DNA of 64,000 nt from Eledone cirrhosa (GCA_964016885.1 OZ024743.1:264430001-264494000); one strand, 5' to 3'. Shown: positions 41,614-59,827, numbered from the stretch's first letter. The notes: generated from the sequence alone by a model not told the origin. Made by a program: numbers and translations.

Positions 41614-41616
<3 letters not shown>
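40376..41616 (+). mobile_element. 5'-truncated PLE: inverted pLTR, GIY-YIG endonuclease, pLTR
   Basis: VYSIRC..VYIGETARSIGERINEH..EAINI..PKLN (to 41145); 40376-40619 is the reverse complement of 41317-41558. Confidence 0.9.
41350..41394 (+). ncRNA. Type I hammerhead ribozyme in pLTR
   Basis: agtca-CTGAAGA-g-gtcaca gagtg tgtgac-GAAA-ggac-TA^tgact; decayed copies near 40540-40585(-), 48719-48761(-) and 50273-50315(+). Confidence 0.82.
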
Positions 41617-41681
<65 letters not shown>

Positions 41682-41823
41682 TTCCGTAGTGTTGTAATAT
41701 GAATATTACACAGAGTAGATGGACAGCTCACGTAGAGTTTGCTCGACCGTTCCAGTTGTAGTTTCAAAAGTAATCCGGAGAAAATAGAAGAATTTAAATG
41801 GATACAGTTTAGTTAAAAGGAAT

Positions 41824-41944
41824 TTATTGACATGTGTTTCAATAACAGTTACATAACCTGAAAACAGCTGCTATCTACAAAGTATTAATTATGCAGACAC
41901 TCAATATTTCAATGTTATTATCAACTATCATTTCATCAGAATAA
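41824..41944 (-). ncRNA. HHR with long stem II (3' pLTR copy)
   Basis: ttatt-CTGATGA-aatgatagtt...aactgttatt-GAAA-cacatg-TC^aataa. Confidence 0.78.
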
Positions 41945-42485
41945 TTTTATTGAGAACCTGTTTGGTTTTTTATAGAGAATATTAAGAGGGAGGGGTGAAG
42001 TTGTTAGAAGAATAGTTAAGCGAGTGGATGGAGATTTTTTTGATAGCAGTGAGAATTGTTGGTAGCAGTGAGTAATTAGATTCCCATCTGTTGTTTTAAC
42101 ATTTTTATAGAATACATTATTTGGCGTTGGTTATTTTTCTAAATCTATAGAAGGATTAGAGATAGTAAAGATATGCATGGTTGGTTTTGTGTTTGCATTT
42201 AATTAACATACAGACTTAAATTTTTCTTTCAAGTGTACGTATCCGTTCGTCCACACATTCACACACAAACATATATGCACACCTCTACAAAATACATACA
42301 CTCACATACACATACTTACATGCTCATACTTACATACATATATACCTGCACATATATATATATATACATATATATACATATATATATGTACATACATACG
42401 CATTCATGTATATACATTTTCATACTCAACTTATCTTCATATACACACGTATAGGCACACACATATATACATACATACTCCTGTC

Positions 42486-42536
<51 letters not shown>

Positions 42537-42811
42537 ACTTTAATACATGAATACACATACATCTAACTATACACATCAAACATATATATATATTTACTTA
42601 TATATATACATTTTCACATATATATACATACATATGGTCGCTTTTAGACACATTCATTATAGCATATTCTCACCTATTCTCATCAGCATATTTTTCCATT
42701 ATTAGTGTGGCAATTTAAGGTTATTAATATATATATATATGTTGAGAAGAGATTGTTTTTATATTTTTCTAACTAGATTGAGGTTTATATAGTTGGGGGG
42801 ATGTCCCTCTT

Positions 42812-45140
42812 TTATCTAATATTCAGCTTGTAGTGGGAAAAAAGGGTTTTAGTTCGGTGACGACAGAATAATGTTCGTTCAATTCTGTTATTAAGCAATT
42901 TCTTCTTGTGTGTGATTATGTAATAAATCTCAAGATTACACAATTTGCAGAAATTTTGGCTCCTGGAAAAGCTTTGGGTTTTAGCTAATTTCTCCCATGT
43001 TAGGGTAAACTTTTGATCGCTATCTCTGAGCGTCCAAGCTTTTTCTGCTAAATTTGTTACATTTATTTGGCTCTGGTGTTTTATTGAATAGGAATTCCTA
43101 TATAATCGAGATTTAAACGATGTTGCCGTTGATCCCACGTAGTACCACTCGTTGCCTCCGGATTCAATGGTACACTTATAGATGATATTTGTTTCCAGGC
43201 AGTTATTGCCGAGGGGGCAATTGTCAGGATAGGTGCAGTTACAGTTGTGTACGTTGGTTTTGTAGTTAGGTTTACTCTGGAGTAGTATTGCGGACGAACT
43301 TTGGTGTGGTTTATTTATGTTCTGTAGTGTATTGTCTATTGTTTTTTTTGTGTTCTTCATACTTAAGTTTTTAGTGTTTTCGTTTAACCTTCTAGTATTG
43401 ATCTTTTTTATGTGTTGTTCGAGGTTTAACGCTGTAGAGTATGACAGTCTTATAGTAGTAGGGTTTAGGATTTTGTGGTATTTGTGTGATGTAGGAAAAT
43501 GTCTCTTAACTATTTTAAAGAAGAGTACTGGTAAATTTGTACTAATGGAACTATTGTATTCAGGGTTATACCATAAGTACTCTTTGCATCGCTTTCTATT
43601 AGTTTTGTTTGTTGGTTTACTGGTGTGTATACTATGGTAGTAAGTGTGGTTTGGTGTTGTGTTATTATATCTACCTATGTGGGATTTATTTTGGGTGTTT
43701 TGATTGTTTTCATCTATATACTCTATTTCGTTAGCCTGCTTTACTAAGGGCGTTATCGTAGTACTCGGCGTGTTCCTTAAATACTTGTATGTTAGAAGAT
43801 AGACCCGAGATTCTAAAGGAAATATTTTTAGGGATAGATTTAATTATAGAGATGGGGTGGTTAGACCCAACATTTACGTACTTGAGATTTTCATTCAATT
43901 TATGAAACGGTTTAATTAGACCAGAGTTTAAATTGAGTGTGACATCCAGGAAGTTAACTACTTTAAGGTTGTATTCATATGTTATAGTTAGTCCTATTTC
44001 AAGTAGTAGTTTACTTATATCTTTGCGTAGTTTTTCTAGTTTTTGGTTATTTAGGTTTTTAACTAGGAGGAGAACATCGTCGCGGTATATTCCACCGTGG
44101 AGATTACTGAATTTTTCCTGGAGTCTAAACGCGATAAATAACCCCACAATATCAGTTATTTCCGCCGAATCGTTAGAGCCCATTGTTATGTCAAAGTTAG
44201 AGGGTCTATCTTTACGAACCCAATAACTGTTCTCAAATTTGACTATAGTTTTCCTAGCTTCTAATATAATCTTAATTTCTTCGTTTGTAAGGTCAGGGTT
44301 ATCCTTAGCAAACTTAATGGCTCTATTCAGAGTTTCAGGTGATATCGATGAGTAATATTCGTCGATATCAAACTGGATAAACTTAGATTTATTCTTATTG
44401 CTAATGCTATTAAACCATCATATTGCTTCTTGGGTCTTCCCCCAGAGTTTAATGTTAACCCTAGCCTTAATTTGGGGGATGATTCTATCTAAGATATATT
44501 TGCTTATTTTTCCTATATCTGATTTAGAGGGGCAGATTAATCTAATTTTAGGGTCATTATCAAAGTTTACCTTATGGTCCTTAAGATTGAAGTTGGGTAC
44601 CGCCGGTAAGAGTGGTCCTGTCCTATCTTCGATTCCGAGATTTTTCACTATTTTGCATGCCTCATCATTGATGTGCTTAAGAGTTACTTCACTCGTTTTT
44701 CTATATTTTTTATGTAATTCTTTTCGAATGAAGTTGTTCTATGTTGTGCAGTCCATAGTATACAGGTTAGATGTTTTGTCCGCTTTTACTAGAATTCCTT
44801 TGGTGTTTTATGGTCGTCCAGTAGTTTTTTAATATCTTTCTGTAGTTTGTTGTTGGTGTTACGTCCTTTGAAATTAATTTTAAGGATTAAGTCCATAAGG
44901 TCCTGCTCAAATGCATCTAATAGTGGGTTAGTGGGTGGGTTTGTACACGTTCTAAAACCAAATTTTGTTGTTTACACCACTTTCAGATGGTGAGTTCATA
45001 CGGCTTCTATCATAGTGGAGCGTTTTCCACCTGACACGTCGAATGAATTCATTTGTTTTTTGTATCATACTCAATAAGTATTCCTTTCTACCTTGGGTTG
45101 GTATGTTTTTGAGTGACATATTCAGGTAGTGCTTTTCCAT
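42812..45140 (-). pseudogene. PLE RT plus GIY-YIG polyprotein with stops and frameshifts
   Basis: MSLKNIP..FIRRVRWK, FDIDEYYSSIS, MGSNDSAEITDIVG, GGIYRDD, CNC..CPL..IIYKC..YYVGST, LCNLE..CRH. Confidence 0.92.
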
Positions 45141-45400
45141 TGTTGTGGTTACGTTTGCTGTGTGGGTTGCTCAAATTTACAGGAGGTAAATATATAGTAT
45201 TTTCCGTAGTGTTGTAATATGAATATTACACACAGTAGATGGGAAGCTCACGTAGAGTTTGCTCGACGGTTCCAGTTGTAGTTTCAAAAATAATCCGGAG
45301 AAAATAGAAGGATTTAAATGGATACAGTTCAGTGAAAAGGAATTTATTGACACGTGTTTCAATAACAGTTACATAACCTGAAAACAACTGCTCAATAAAA

Positions 45401-45521
45401 TTATTCTGATGAAACGATAGTTGATAATAACATTGAACTATTGAGTGTCTGCATAATTAATACTTTGTAGATAGCAGCTGTTTTCAGGATATGTAACTGT
45501 TATTGAAACACGTGTCAATAA
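45401..45521 (+). ncRNA. HHR with long stem II (inverted pLTR copy)
   Basis: ttatt-CTGATGA-aacgatagtt...aactgttatt-GAAA-cacgtg-TC^aataa. Confidence 0.8.
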
Positions 45522-45553
45522 ATTCCTTTTAACTGAACTGTATCCATTTAAAT

Positions 45554-45637
<84 letters not shown>

Positions 45638-45821
45638 ATAATATATTTATATATATATATATTCATATATATATTAAAATAACAGATTAAAGTTTAAGCA
45701 AAGAATTGCTTGCTCTACGCTTCTTATATATTTGATATATATTTATCCTTATCAAGCCCTCTTTGTATTTTAGTCTTCAAATTTATTATTATTACTATAT
45801 TTATTACAAATTTACTATTAT

Positions 45822-45856
<35 letters not shown>

Positions 45857-46636
45857 GTTGTTATTTGGTGTCGTTGAAAAGAGCAGTGGCCTTTGACCTG
45901 ACAATAAAAACTGGAGGCAAAATACTTTCTGTACCAAAACCAAGGCACACACAAACACACACAAGTTTGCGTGTGTGTATATGTGTCTGTTTGTGTGCGT
46001 GGGCGTTTTTGTGTGTTTGTGGTTGGGGGTGTATCTATATATATATATAAGGGGTACAGGTATTACTTTCTCCAAGCTTCTCAATTCATTCCTTGCTACT
46101 AAGTATTTTATTTTGCTACGAGGTATATTGTTTTGCAAGGTACTATTTTTTCCCCTGAGTTTGTGATTTCAGAGAAAGGTAAGAACTTCTTCATATTTTG
46201 CATCTTTTGTATTTTGACCTTACAGTTTCCATTGTAGAATTGTCTATCCACTCAAATTAATACAACAGCTAACAGTGACATATAGAATTTAAAAAAAAAT
46301 GCTTTTTAGACTGAGATCAAATGTTTATTTATATTTCAAAAATATATAATTTGAAAAAGCTTGCTTTTGTTTTGGACTGAACATTTGTTTGTATTTAATT
46401 CGTACGAGTAGTTTTTTAAGATTCTAAGATAACTTGATTTGGCCCAGTAATCTACTGATATCAAAATCAGTAGTATATTGAAAAATGGAAAAATAGGGTA
46501 GGGGGGCGTTTCGGGATTCCGAGGGGCAAAAGGGCGTTTGGCCGAAATGGGTTGAGAAACTTTGTGTTAGAGTCTTAACGCATGTTAAAGGCTAATTACC
46601 TCCGGTTTTTATATTCGAATACAGAAGAGGGTGTTA

Positions 46637-46717
<81 letters not shown>

Positions 46718-47436
46718 CTGTCTGTTTGGAAGGTTAGCATGTTATGGTGTTAACATATTAATGTATATTAAACTATATTTAATGGTTGTCTATATTTTTG
46801 AATAAACATATTTTTCTTATTTATTCGTAATTGGTCTGTTGTATTGTTAGCGCAAAAATGAAGTGGGAAGACTTGGAATGTGGGTGTCTTATCGCTTGAC
46901 ACCCATTTCTGGACAGCTTGATCATAAAAAAGACACAAATATTGAAACTGACACGAATATTGAAACAGGTAAAGGAAACAAATAAATATGCTAAAAAGAC
47001 TCCAGATGAATTTTCGATTTCATCTTTTTTCCTTAAATATATATATATATATATATATGCTTGGGTTGTGTGTGTATATATATGTATGTTTGCATGCATG
47101 AATGAATACAGTAAACTTTACATTTAGTAGAATGTACAACCACTGATTCTATCTATTTACACTATTATATATTTTGGTTTCTCTTAATTCTCTGCGGAAT
47201 TGGTTAACCAAATGCTTTGCTTAATTGTTTTATTTATTTTTATGAAAATGTATTCTTTCTCTTAGACTTCACCTATGTTTTGAAAGCTAAGCATTGGCCC
47301 CTAACATACTACAGTGGGCCCTGCAATGTGCAATGCAACCATGGGCGCCCTGGAGCCCACTTGCCTTTGGGCAAACTGGCAACCTGGCCTGTCTATAACT
47401 GTATATATATATATATACATACATACATACACACAG

Positions 47437-47496
<60 letters not shown>

Positions 47497-48162
47497 TATT
47501 TGTTTGTTAAAATAATCAAATTAAATTAATTCAACAGTTAAACACACATGTATAACGAGGTTGTTACCAGAGAGCCAGAAGTTTAACAAGTCAACCCTAA
47601 ATATGACTAATAGCTCTAGGAAAGCCATGAACGACACCACATATTTTAAACTTTGATTTTGAAAGTAGGTTTATAATTATTAAATTTCTTTATACTTTAG
47701 TAACTGTCTCGGCGGACTAGTAGGAGGAATCATACAAGGTGTTGATCCTGGTCAGGGGTTTCATCTTGGTCTCGAGTTTGGTTCCCGATAAACCTTTCAA
47801 ATTTGTTTATGTGATGTTATATAAAAACTGAAAATGACCTCTGAACCAGGATTGAACCCAATACCAGGATCGCCACCGTCTTTAGTATCTAACGCCAGGC
47901 GATAGAGACAGCTTCGAAAATCTAATTAAAATTCATACTTATAAACCTAGTTTCAAAATTTTCAACACAAAATGGTTGGGTTTCGTTCATGTAATTTTTA
48001 TGTTATTGTTTCTACTTAAGGTCGATTTCTAAATCATTTGGGTGTTCCATAAACCATATCCTCGTTTTGTTTCGCATCTATCAAGATTATATTTCAACCT
48101 GTAATCCATGTTTCATTTCTGTTTCACCTCTTTTTCTCTATGATATTTGAAACTGCTATGGC

Positions 48163-48216
<54 letters not shown>

Positions 48217-48522
48217 TTGCCAGGAGATGAAGGGGACACACTTATTTATATAATGCTATGATTTAAATTTTATAATGAATAAATAACATTTACAAAAAAT
48301 AAATAAGTGGAAACAAAAGAATGCAATCAATTTTTTGCGGAAAAATATATTACCTTCTCCAATAAATAATAATATGTATTTTGCGAAATCCAGAGACTTT
48401 CTTTAATTGTTTCTACTTTTGGCACAAGGCCAGCAATTACCCAGTACATTACTGGTAATTTATTTTATCGACCCCGTAAGGATGAATGACCATTGGTCTT
48501 TCACACTCACACGCAATATCTG

Positions 48523-48578
<56 letters not shown>

Positions 48579-48583
<5 letters not shown>

Positions 48584-49087
48584 ATACTTTGGGAGGGTCA
48601 TGTTGCCAATAAGAAACACAACCACCAGTTGCTTTCACTTCAATTTATTATAAATTTAGGAATTTATAAATTTCCGGTTGGTCGGTTGGTTCCACAACCA
48701 GACGATTGTTCATATATTGTCAAAGTTATTTCGTCACACATTATGTGACCTCTTCAGTGACTGGGGATTAATTTATTTGTTATTGTGCCTCTCCTTTGTT
48801 CTGTCCTACGCCATTTTGTCTTTGTGTGTGTTGTGTGCGTAGTTTGCGGATCTGTTACATCCGGGTGTCTGTGTGTGTTTATATTTGTTTATCTATTTGT
48901 TTATTTACATGATATTGGTTGGTTGTTTGTTCTATGAGTGTATGTGTTTTCATTTCGTCATTAATTGTAAGTTGTGATGTTGCTGTTCCATTCATGTTTT
49001 CTATTTAATTTTGGTTGGAGTTCATTTATGTTTATTGCTTCTGTGATTTGTCTAGACATTGTGTCTTTTCAGAACTCAGAAACGAAA
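48579..49087 (-). mobile_element. PLE 3' end and pLTR (family of 40376-41616)
   Basis: Reverse-complement similarity to about 41040-41558, followed by a tiny plus-oriented pLTR tip (CAGAAACGAAATA). Confidence 0.85.
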
Positions 49088-49205
49088 TATATATATATAT
49101 ATATTATATGCAAAAGTTTTATTTAAGATTGTTGGGTTACATACACACATCCAGAAATAGCCGTCGAAACGGCTTGAGCTCTGCCGTCGGGGTCATACTG
49201 TTTCC

Positions 49206-49243
<38 letters not shown>

Positions 49244-49660
49244 TATGGTGGCTGCCAACTCGTTTTCGAGTACGGCCACTACTACTTTATATCCATGTAG
49301 GAAAACCCCTACCGATGCGCTGAACGAGTGTGACATATTAGTCCAGCCAGCGACTTGAAAACTCTGGTACAAACACTATACTTGTGACTATTATTGACGT
49401 ATAGTGTTGGGCCCATGGTACCATGTGACGACAAGTGCAGAGAGATCTACATATATAAAGCAAAGCCTGTGCCGTGAAGCTTTTAGAGTGAGCAAAGGCA
49501 CTGCACAAAGCCAGTCCCACTCTTTTAACCAAGATGATATTTACCAAAAAGAAGACCAAGTCAACATAATTGGATACCATCTGGGTTGCAGGTGTTATAT
49601 CAGAGTTTTCCTTCTCCTAGAATTCTGCGTTGATAAGGCTAAGGGGTCATCTCTCCCGGG

Positions 49661-49691
<31 letters not shown>

Positions 49692-49750
49692 CATACATAT
49701 ATACATACATATATAAATATATATATATACATATATATATACATACATAA

Positions 49751-49795
<45 letters not shown>

Positions 49796-49878
49796 CATTA
49801 TATATATATATATATATATACATACATACATATACATGTATGTATATATATATGTATGTATATATATATACATATATA

Positions 49879-49910
<32 letters not shown>

Positions 49911-49951
49911 CCTATATATACATACATACATATATATATATACATACATAC

Positions 49952-50466
<515 letters not shown>

Positions 50467-50494
50467 AATATATATATATATATATATATATATT

Positions 50495-55043
<4,549 letters not shown>

Positions 55044-55102
55044 TTGTCGAGTATGCCATTGGACGATATACCATTATAAATAATTATTAATTTAGTCTAT
55101 CG

Positions 55103-55270
55103 AGTGGATTGGCAGAATCGGTAGAGGGTCGGACGCAAGGCTTTGACGTATACAGTTACGGCCCTTGCCATTCTGAGTTCACATCCCGCCGAGGTTAACT
55201 TTGCCTTTCAGCCTTACGGGGTCGTAATGCACTGGGTAATTGCTGGCCTTGTGCCAAAACTAGAAATAAT
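55103..55270 (+). mobile_element. SINE inserted into another repeat
   Basis: Same family as 5975; the host repeat is uninterrupted at about 36260-36440. Confidence 0.8.
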
Positions 55271-55439
55271 TGACTAATTCTATCGCGCAGTGCCTGTGCG
55301 TGAAGATATGAGGAAAGACTGTGCACTGAACCAATCCCACTCTCTGAGCGACAATAGCTATAACCCGAAAAGAAAAAAAGATCAACATTGTCGTGTGAAA
55401 GACCAATGGTCATTATAGAAAGTTTCATGATTTGGCACA

Positions 55440-55631
55440 GTACATCATATTTTTTATTGGAGAAAATAAGATATATTTCCGCAAAAAACTGATTGCACTC
55501 TTTTGCTTCCACTTATGTATTTTTTGTAAATGTTATTTATTCATTATAAAATTTAAATCATAGCATTATATATGTAGGTGAGTCCCCCCAGTCTCCTGGC
55601 AACCAATATTTTTAGACCCTGTCCGCCACTG
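55440..55631 (-). mobile_element. Non-autonomous DNA-transposon-like end (CAGTGGCGGAC terminus)
   Basis: Related copies at about 61675-61846 and 48210-48390. Confidence 0.5.
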
Positions 55632-55748
55632 TATATATATATAACTGCTAAGATTGGCATAAAATATATGTATATATATACATATACATATATATATATA
55701 TATAATGTCAATCATAGCAGTTTCAAATATCACAGAGAAAAAGAGATG

Positions 55749-55805
<57 letters not shown>

Positions 55806-56044
55806 CAAACGACCAGCCCTGTCCATTGTTCAATTGGTCAAATATAGATTAAAATAGGCACTCACAAAAATTCTTATTTAGATAAAATAAGCCATATACT
55901 CATTGTATTCTCATTAAAAACCTTCTATATACTTGTTTATCAGCAAATTGAATTGCCATCTGTCATATACTATCCCTTCTCTTCTTCCTTTCTTACAAAT
56001 AATATAAATACTTTAATTTTTCTGATTTTTTCCAATTTATCCAA

Positions 56045-56162
56045 TATCTCTGAAGAAGTGACAACTGATTATACATTTGCTATCGAATACTTGCTAACAT
56101 TATATGATTACGCAAGCAGCGATACATAGGTATTCCGTCTGTTACAGAAACACATGTGGATA
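56045..56162 (+). ncRNA. Decayed long-stem-II HHR in a solo pLTR-like insert (55802-56211)
   Basis: tatct-CTGAAGA-a gtgaca...tgttac a-GAAA-cacatg-T-ggata; the cleavage-site nucleotide is missing or G. Confidence 0.5.
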
Positions 56163-56211
56163 CCTAATAAATTCCTTTATAAAAGCACTTTCATTTTATA
56201 TTCATCTTTTC

Positions 56212-56242
<31 letters not shown>

Positions 56243-56312
56243 TTATGTATTATGTATATATATATACATAAATAAATATACACGGGTGTGTAAGATTGTG
56301 CTTAGAAGATTA

Positions 56313-58521
56313 TATTAATAAAAGGAATTCCAACTCTGTCTGATTTACTCGTTTTATTTACAACCAGTTTTGTTTAATGGAGTGATGGGTGTAGGTTATT
56401 CAGGAGGATATTGAACTCATCCAGAGTATCTAGAGATTCTGTCCAGATGATGAAACTGTCGTCAAGCTATATTTTCCAAGACTTTTCAATGTACTTTCTA
56501 AATTCAATGCTATATACTTCCTCTATTTCTTGGTAGAATTGTTGTTCTAATTATCCCATTACAGAGCTCGACTAAACGGGAGCGAACTTCGTTCCCATCT
56601 CTGTGCCTCTAATTTGGATGTAATTCTTTCCATTGAAGAAGAATGTTAGACTGCGTCTAATATAAATGGCACTGTGAATCTGGTGGGAATCACTTCTCTA
56701 TGTTTTTCCACCCAGTATTTAACCACCTTTATTCCTAAATCCTGTGTAATTTTGGTGTAAAGGCTTACCACATCAAAACTAAGTAGAAGTGAATTCGTTT
56801 CCGTGGTTTTGGGAAGATGGGACAGGAAGTCGATATCATCCCGGATGAAACTGGGATGTGAATACATAGTGGTTTCTTAGACGGTGGGTATGGCATGTTA
56901 GACCAGCTATAATATGTCTATTTTTTAAGTCATTTTGGGTGTACTAATTTAATGTACTCCTGAATAACCTACACCCATCTCTCGATTATACAAAACAGGT
57001 TGTAAATAAAACGAGTAAATCAAACAAAGTTGGAATTCCTTTTATTAATATACACCCATCTCTCCATTTTACAAAAGAGATGAGAAGTATCAAATTACCA
57101 GTCCTAGATATAATGGCAATCAAAAACGAAACTACCATTACCATGGACATATACTATAAACACACAGACACCCATAGATATCTGAATTTTATGTCGTGCC
57201 ATCCACCTCATACAAAACGCAGAATCCAATACTGCCTAGCCAGAAGAATTTGTACCATTGTAGAAGATACGAATACCAGGAACAAACGCCTAAAAGAACT
57301 GAGAGAATTTTTGCTCAAACAAAAATACCCATCTCTACTTATAGAAAATGGCATACAGCGGGCTATAAACATACATATGCAACAACTTAGGACAACCCAA
57401 GGGAGAAGAAACCAAGAACTTGTCATACCATTTATAATGACACACAACCCATGTCACCAGAATATCTTCAACACTGCCAAAGCAAACCTACCGACCATTG
57501 CTCAAAGTAAGGAGTTAAAAGGTTTAATCACAGACCGAGCTTTGATTCTTAGTAAAAGACAGCCGAAAAATTTGAAGCAATTACTAGCAAAGGTAAAGTT
57601 TGACCTTAACAATCATTCACTGTATCTAAATCCAATGATAGTCGATGTGGCACATGTCAGTTCATAGATACTGGACTGGTCAATACTGCACAAACAGAAA
57701 TCTAATTTGCTGCATTAATTGTGAAGAACTATATGTCGGTCAAACTGGAAATGCACTATCGGAACGTGCACGGGTGCACCGACAGCAAATCAGAGACCAA
57801 ATGTCCGGCAGATGCCCCTGAGTAACCATCTAGCAACATGTGGTCAGAAAATATTTTTAATATTTCCATTCTACAAACTACACAGCCCAAGTGAAATCAA
57901 GAGAAAAATTAAAGAAAATAATTTATTGATAAATTCCAACCCAAGCTAAATGAACAATAATAATGCTTAGGGGTCTTACTTCTACTATGACTATGCCTAC
58001 GACCATGTCGACTACCACCACTAACAACAACACCAACAATAATAATATTAATAATAAAAGTGATGTTGATGTTGATGATTACTGAAGATTTTTTATAAAA
58101 CCCCTAGAAAATGCAATTTTCATCATTTCTAAATATAGCAAAACAATTGATGATTTGGACAGGGCCAAATAGAAGTCGTTAGACATGTTCAACCAACCGT
58201 GACGCCTAAACCAATCAGCTTTAGTAATCTAGTGAAACCACACACCAATTGGTCGAAATACAGTTTGCGAAACTTAGCATTCTGTAGCCCCTTTTTACTG
58301 TATATAAGGCACAGTTTTTAGCCATCTCATTACAGTTGAAAATTGCCAACTTGACTGTCACCACTGAATATGAACCTGAATATTGCGAAAAGCATGAAAG
58401 TACTTGTTCAATTAACAGTTAACATTTAATATTCCACCATAATATTTCATTATAATATCATTATAATGTTAAATGATTGTAAATAAAACTAGTAAATCAG
58501 ACAAAGTTAGAATTCCTTCTA

Positions 58522-58526
<5 letters not shown>
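56313..58526. mobile_element. Neptune-like PLE with inverted RT segment (same family as 32385)
   Basis: Minus-strand RT 56380-56950 (FDVVSLYT, MGTKFAP, LDD-like) continues on the plus strand from about 57051 (VLDI..DIYYKHTD..RRICTIV, LYVGQT); HHR remnant tgaac-CTGAATA..GAAA-gtac-TT-gttca at 58371-58410. Confidence 0.88.
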
Positions 58527-58579
<53 letters not shown>

Positions 58580-58609
58580 ACTATCGCCAGGGATTTTAGC
58601 AGATAATTG

Positions 58610-58686
58610 ACTCCCTGATGAAGAAAGGAATTGTCCATGGTATGAACACTATGTATATCCCCTTTCAGAAACTAATTAGTTGGAGT
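58610..58686 (+). ncRNA. Intact type I HHR (family C, copy 1)
   Basis: actcc-CTGATGA-a gaaagg..cctttc a-GAAA-ctaattag-TT^ggagt. Confidence 0.85.
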
Positions 58687-59129
58687 GAAACTTAAGTAAG
58701 TAAGTTAATTATTATAATTTTCTTATTTTACGTGTTTCATATAATTGTTCTACATTTTTGTATTGAACCACAAAGTTACTAAGACAAAACCTATATCTTG
58801 CTAGCATAAGTATACTTCTGTATAAATATTTTGGTAGATATACTAATTCTTTATAATTATCTCCAACTTATTTGTTGTGCAAAAATGTGCCTGAATACTG
58901 CTATTATTCATAGTAATGTTTTGGCTACTGTCTTTTTCACACCCCACTCCTCACTCATTAATCTCGATATCACGTGATTGATTCTTTTGAATTTGCCATT
59001 GACCGGGAAGGTAGTGAAATTTTCAGTGACTTGAAATTTAGTCCGCGCTTGCTTCTTTTCCATTCACTGAATTATTTTTGTTTGAGATCCCTGTGCCCGC
59101 CTATCGCCAGGGATCTTAGCAGAGATTGG

Positions 59130-59207
59130 ACTCCCTGATGAAGAAAGGAATTATCGATGGTTTTGAACACTATCTATATCCCCTTTCAGAAACTAATTAG
59201 TTGGAGT
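59130..59207 (+). ncRNA. Intact type I HHR (family C, copy 2)
   Basis: Same core and stems as copy 1; differences are confined to the distal part of stem-loop II. Confidence 0.85.
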
Positions 59208-59827
59208 GAAACTTAAGTAAGTTAATTATTATAATTTTCTTATTTTACGTCTTTCATATATATATATATATATATGAAAGACGAATATATATATATATAA
59301 ATCCGAAATCGACAAAGTCCACTTGCAGGGGTCTGCAAGTTAAAGGGTTTTGGAAGTTAGAACAAGGGTTAAAGGGTTTTGGAAGTTAGAACAAGGAATT
59401 TACTTCGTCAACAAGTTTTTCGTTCTTATCCGCCCGGGTGTGAAAGCTAGCAGTAAGCACTGTCAGAAGGCACATGGTTTTCCTGAAGGGAGGTAACCCC
59501 CGGTTTTGGCGGTCAATCAAATTTGGAACAAAGGAATAAAATTCCTTTACACAAACCGAATTAAGCACACAACTAGAAGTTATCAAACAAACGTAAACAG
59601 TTAATCAATCAATAGAATTATCAAATTAAATTAATCAATTAATCGTTAATTCTAGGAGATAATAATACAAAACTTAGTACAGCATCAACGAAGCTTTGGT
59701 TGCAGCCAAGCTAACGAATGCAATCTCGGTGTGAAGCTAAGAACGCAATAGGGTATATTACCCTAGAGTTATAACATTACGTTTAGACAGCTTTGCAAAT
59801 TGAAAACAGCGACCGATAGACGGGCCG

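Larger units (their letters stand above)
41676..45557 (-). mobile_element. Near full-length PLE with direct and inverted pLTRs
   Basis: Broken ORF 45140 to 42812; 3' pLTR from 41676, upstream direct partial pLTR 45197-45391 and inverted pLTR 45391-45557; (TA)n on both sides. Confidence 0.93.
39491..46564. mobile_element. hAT-superfamily DNA transposon remnant with nested insertions
   Basis: Termini CAAAGGTTCTAAAC and GTTGAGAAACTTTG (imperfect TIR); identical 8-bp flanks TGTTAGAG at 39483-39490 and 46565-46572; GGGGGCGTTT-like subterminal repeats at both ends. Confidence 0.85.
58577..59256 (+). mobile_element. Retrozyme-like family C: ~520-bp unit bounded by two HHRs
   Basis: Direct repeats 58581-58742 and 59101-59258, each with an HHR; no ORF; (TA)n on both sides. 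Confidence 0.85.
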
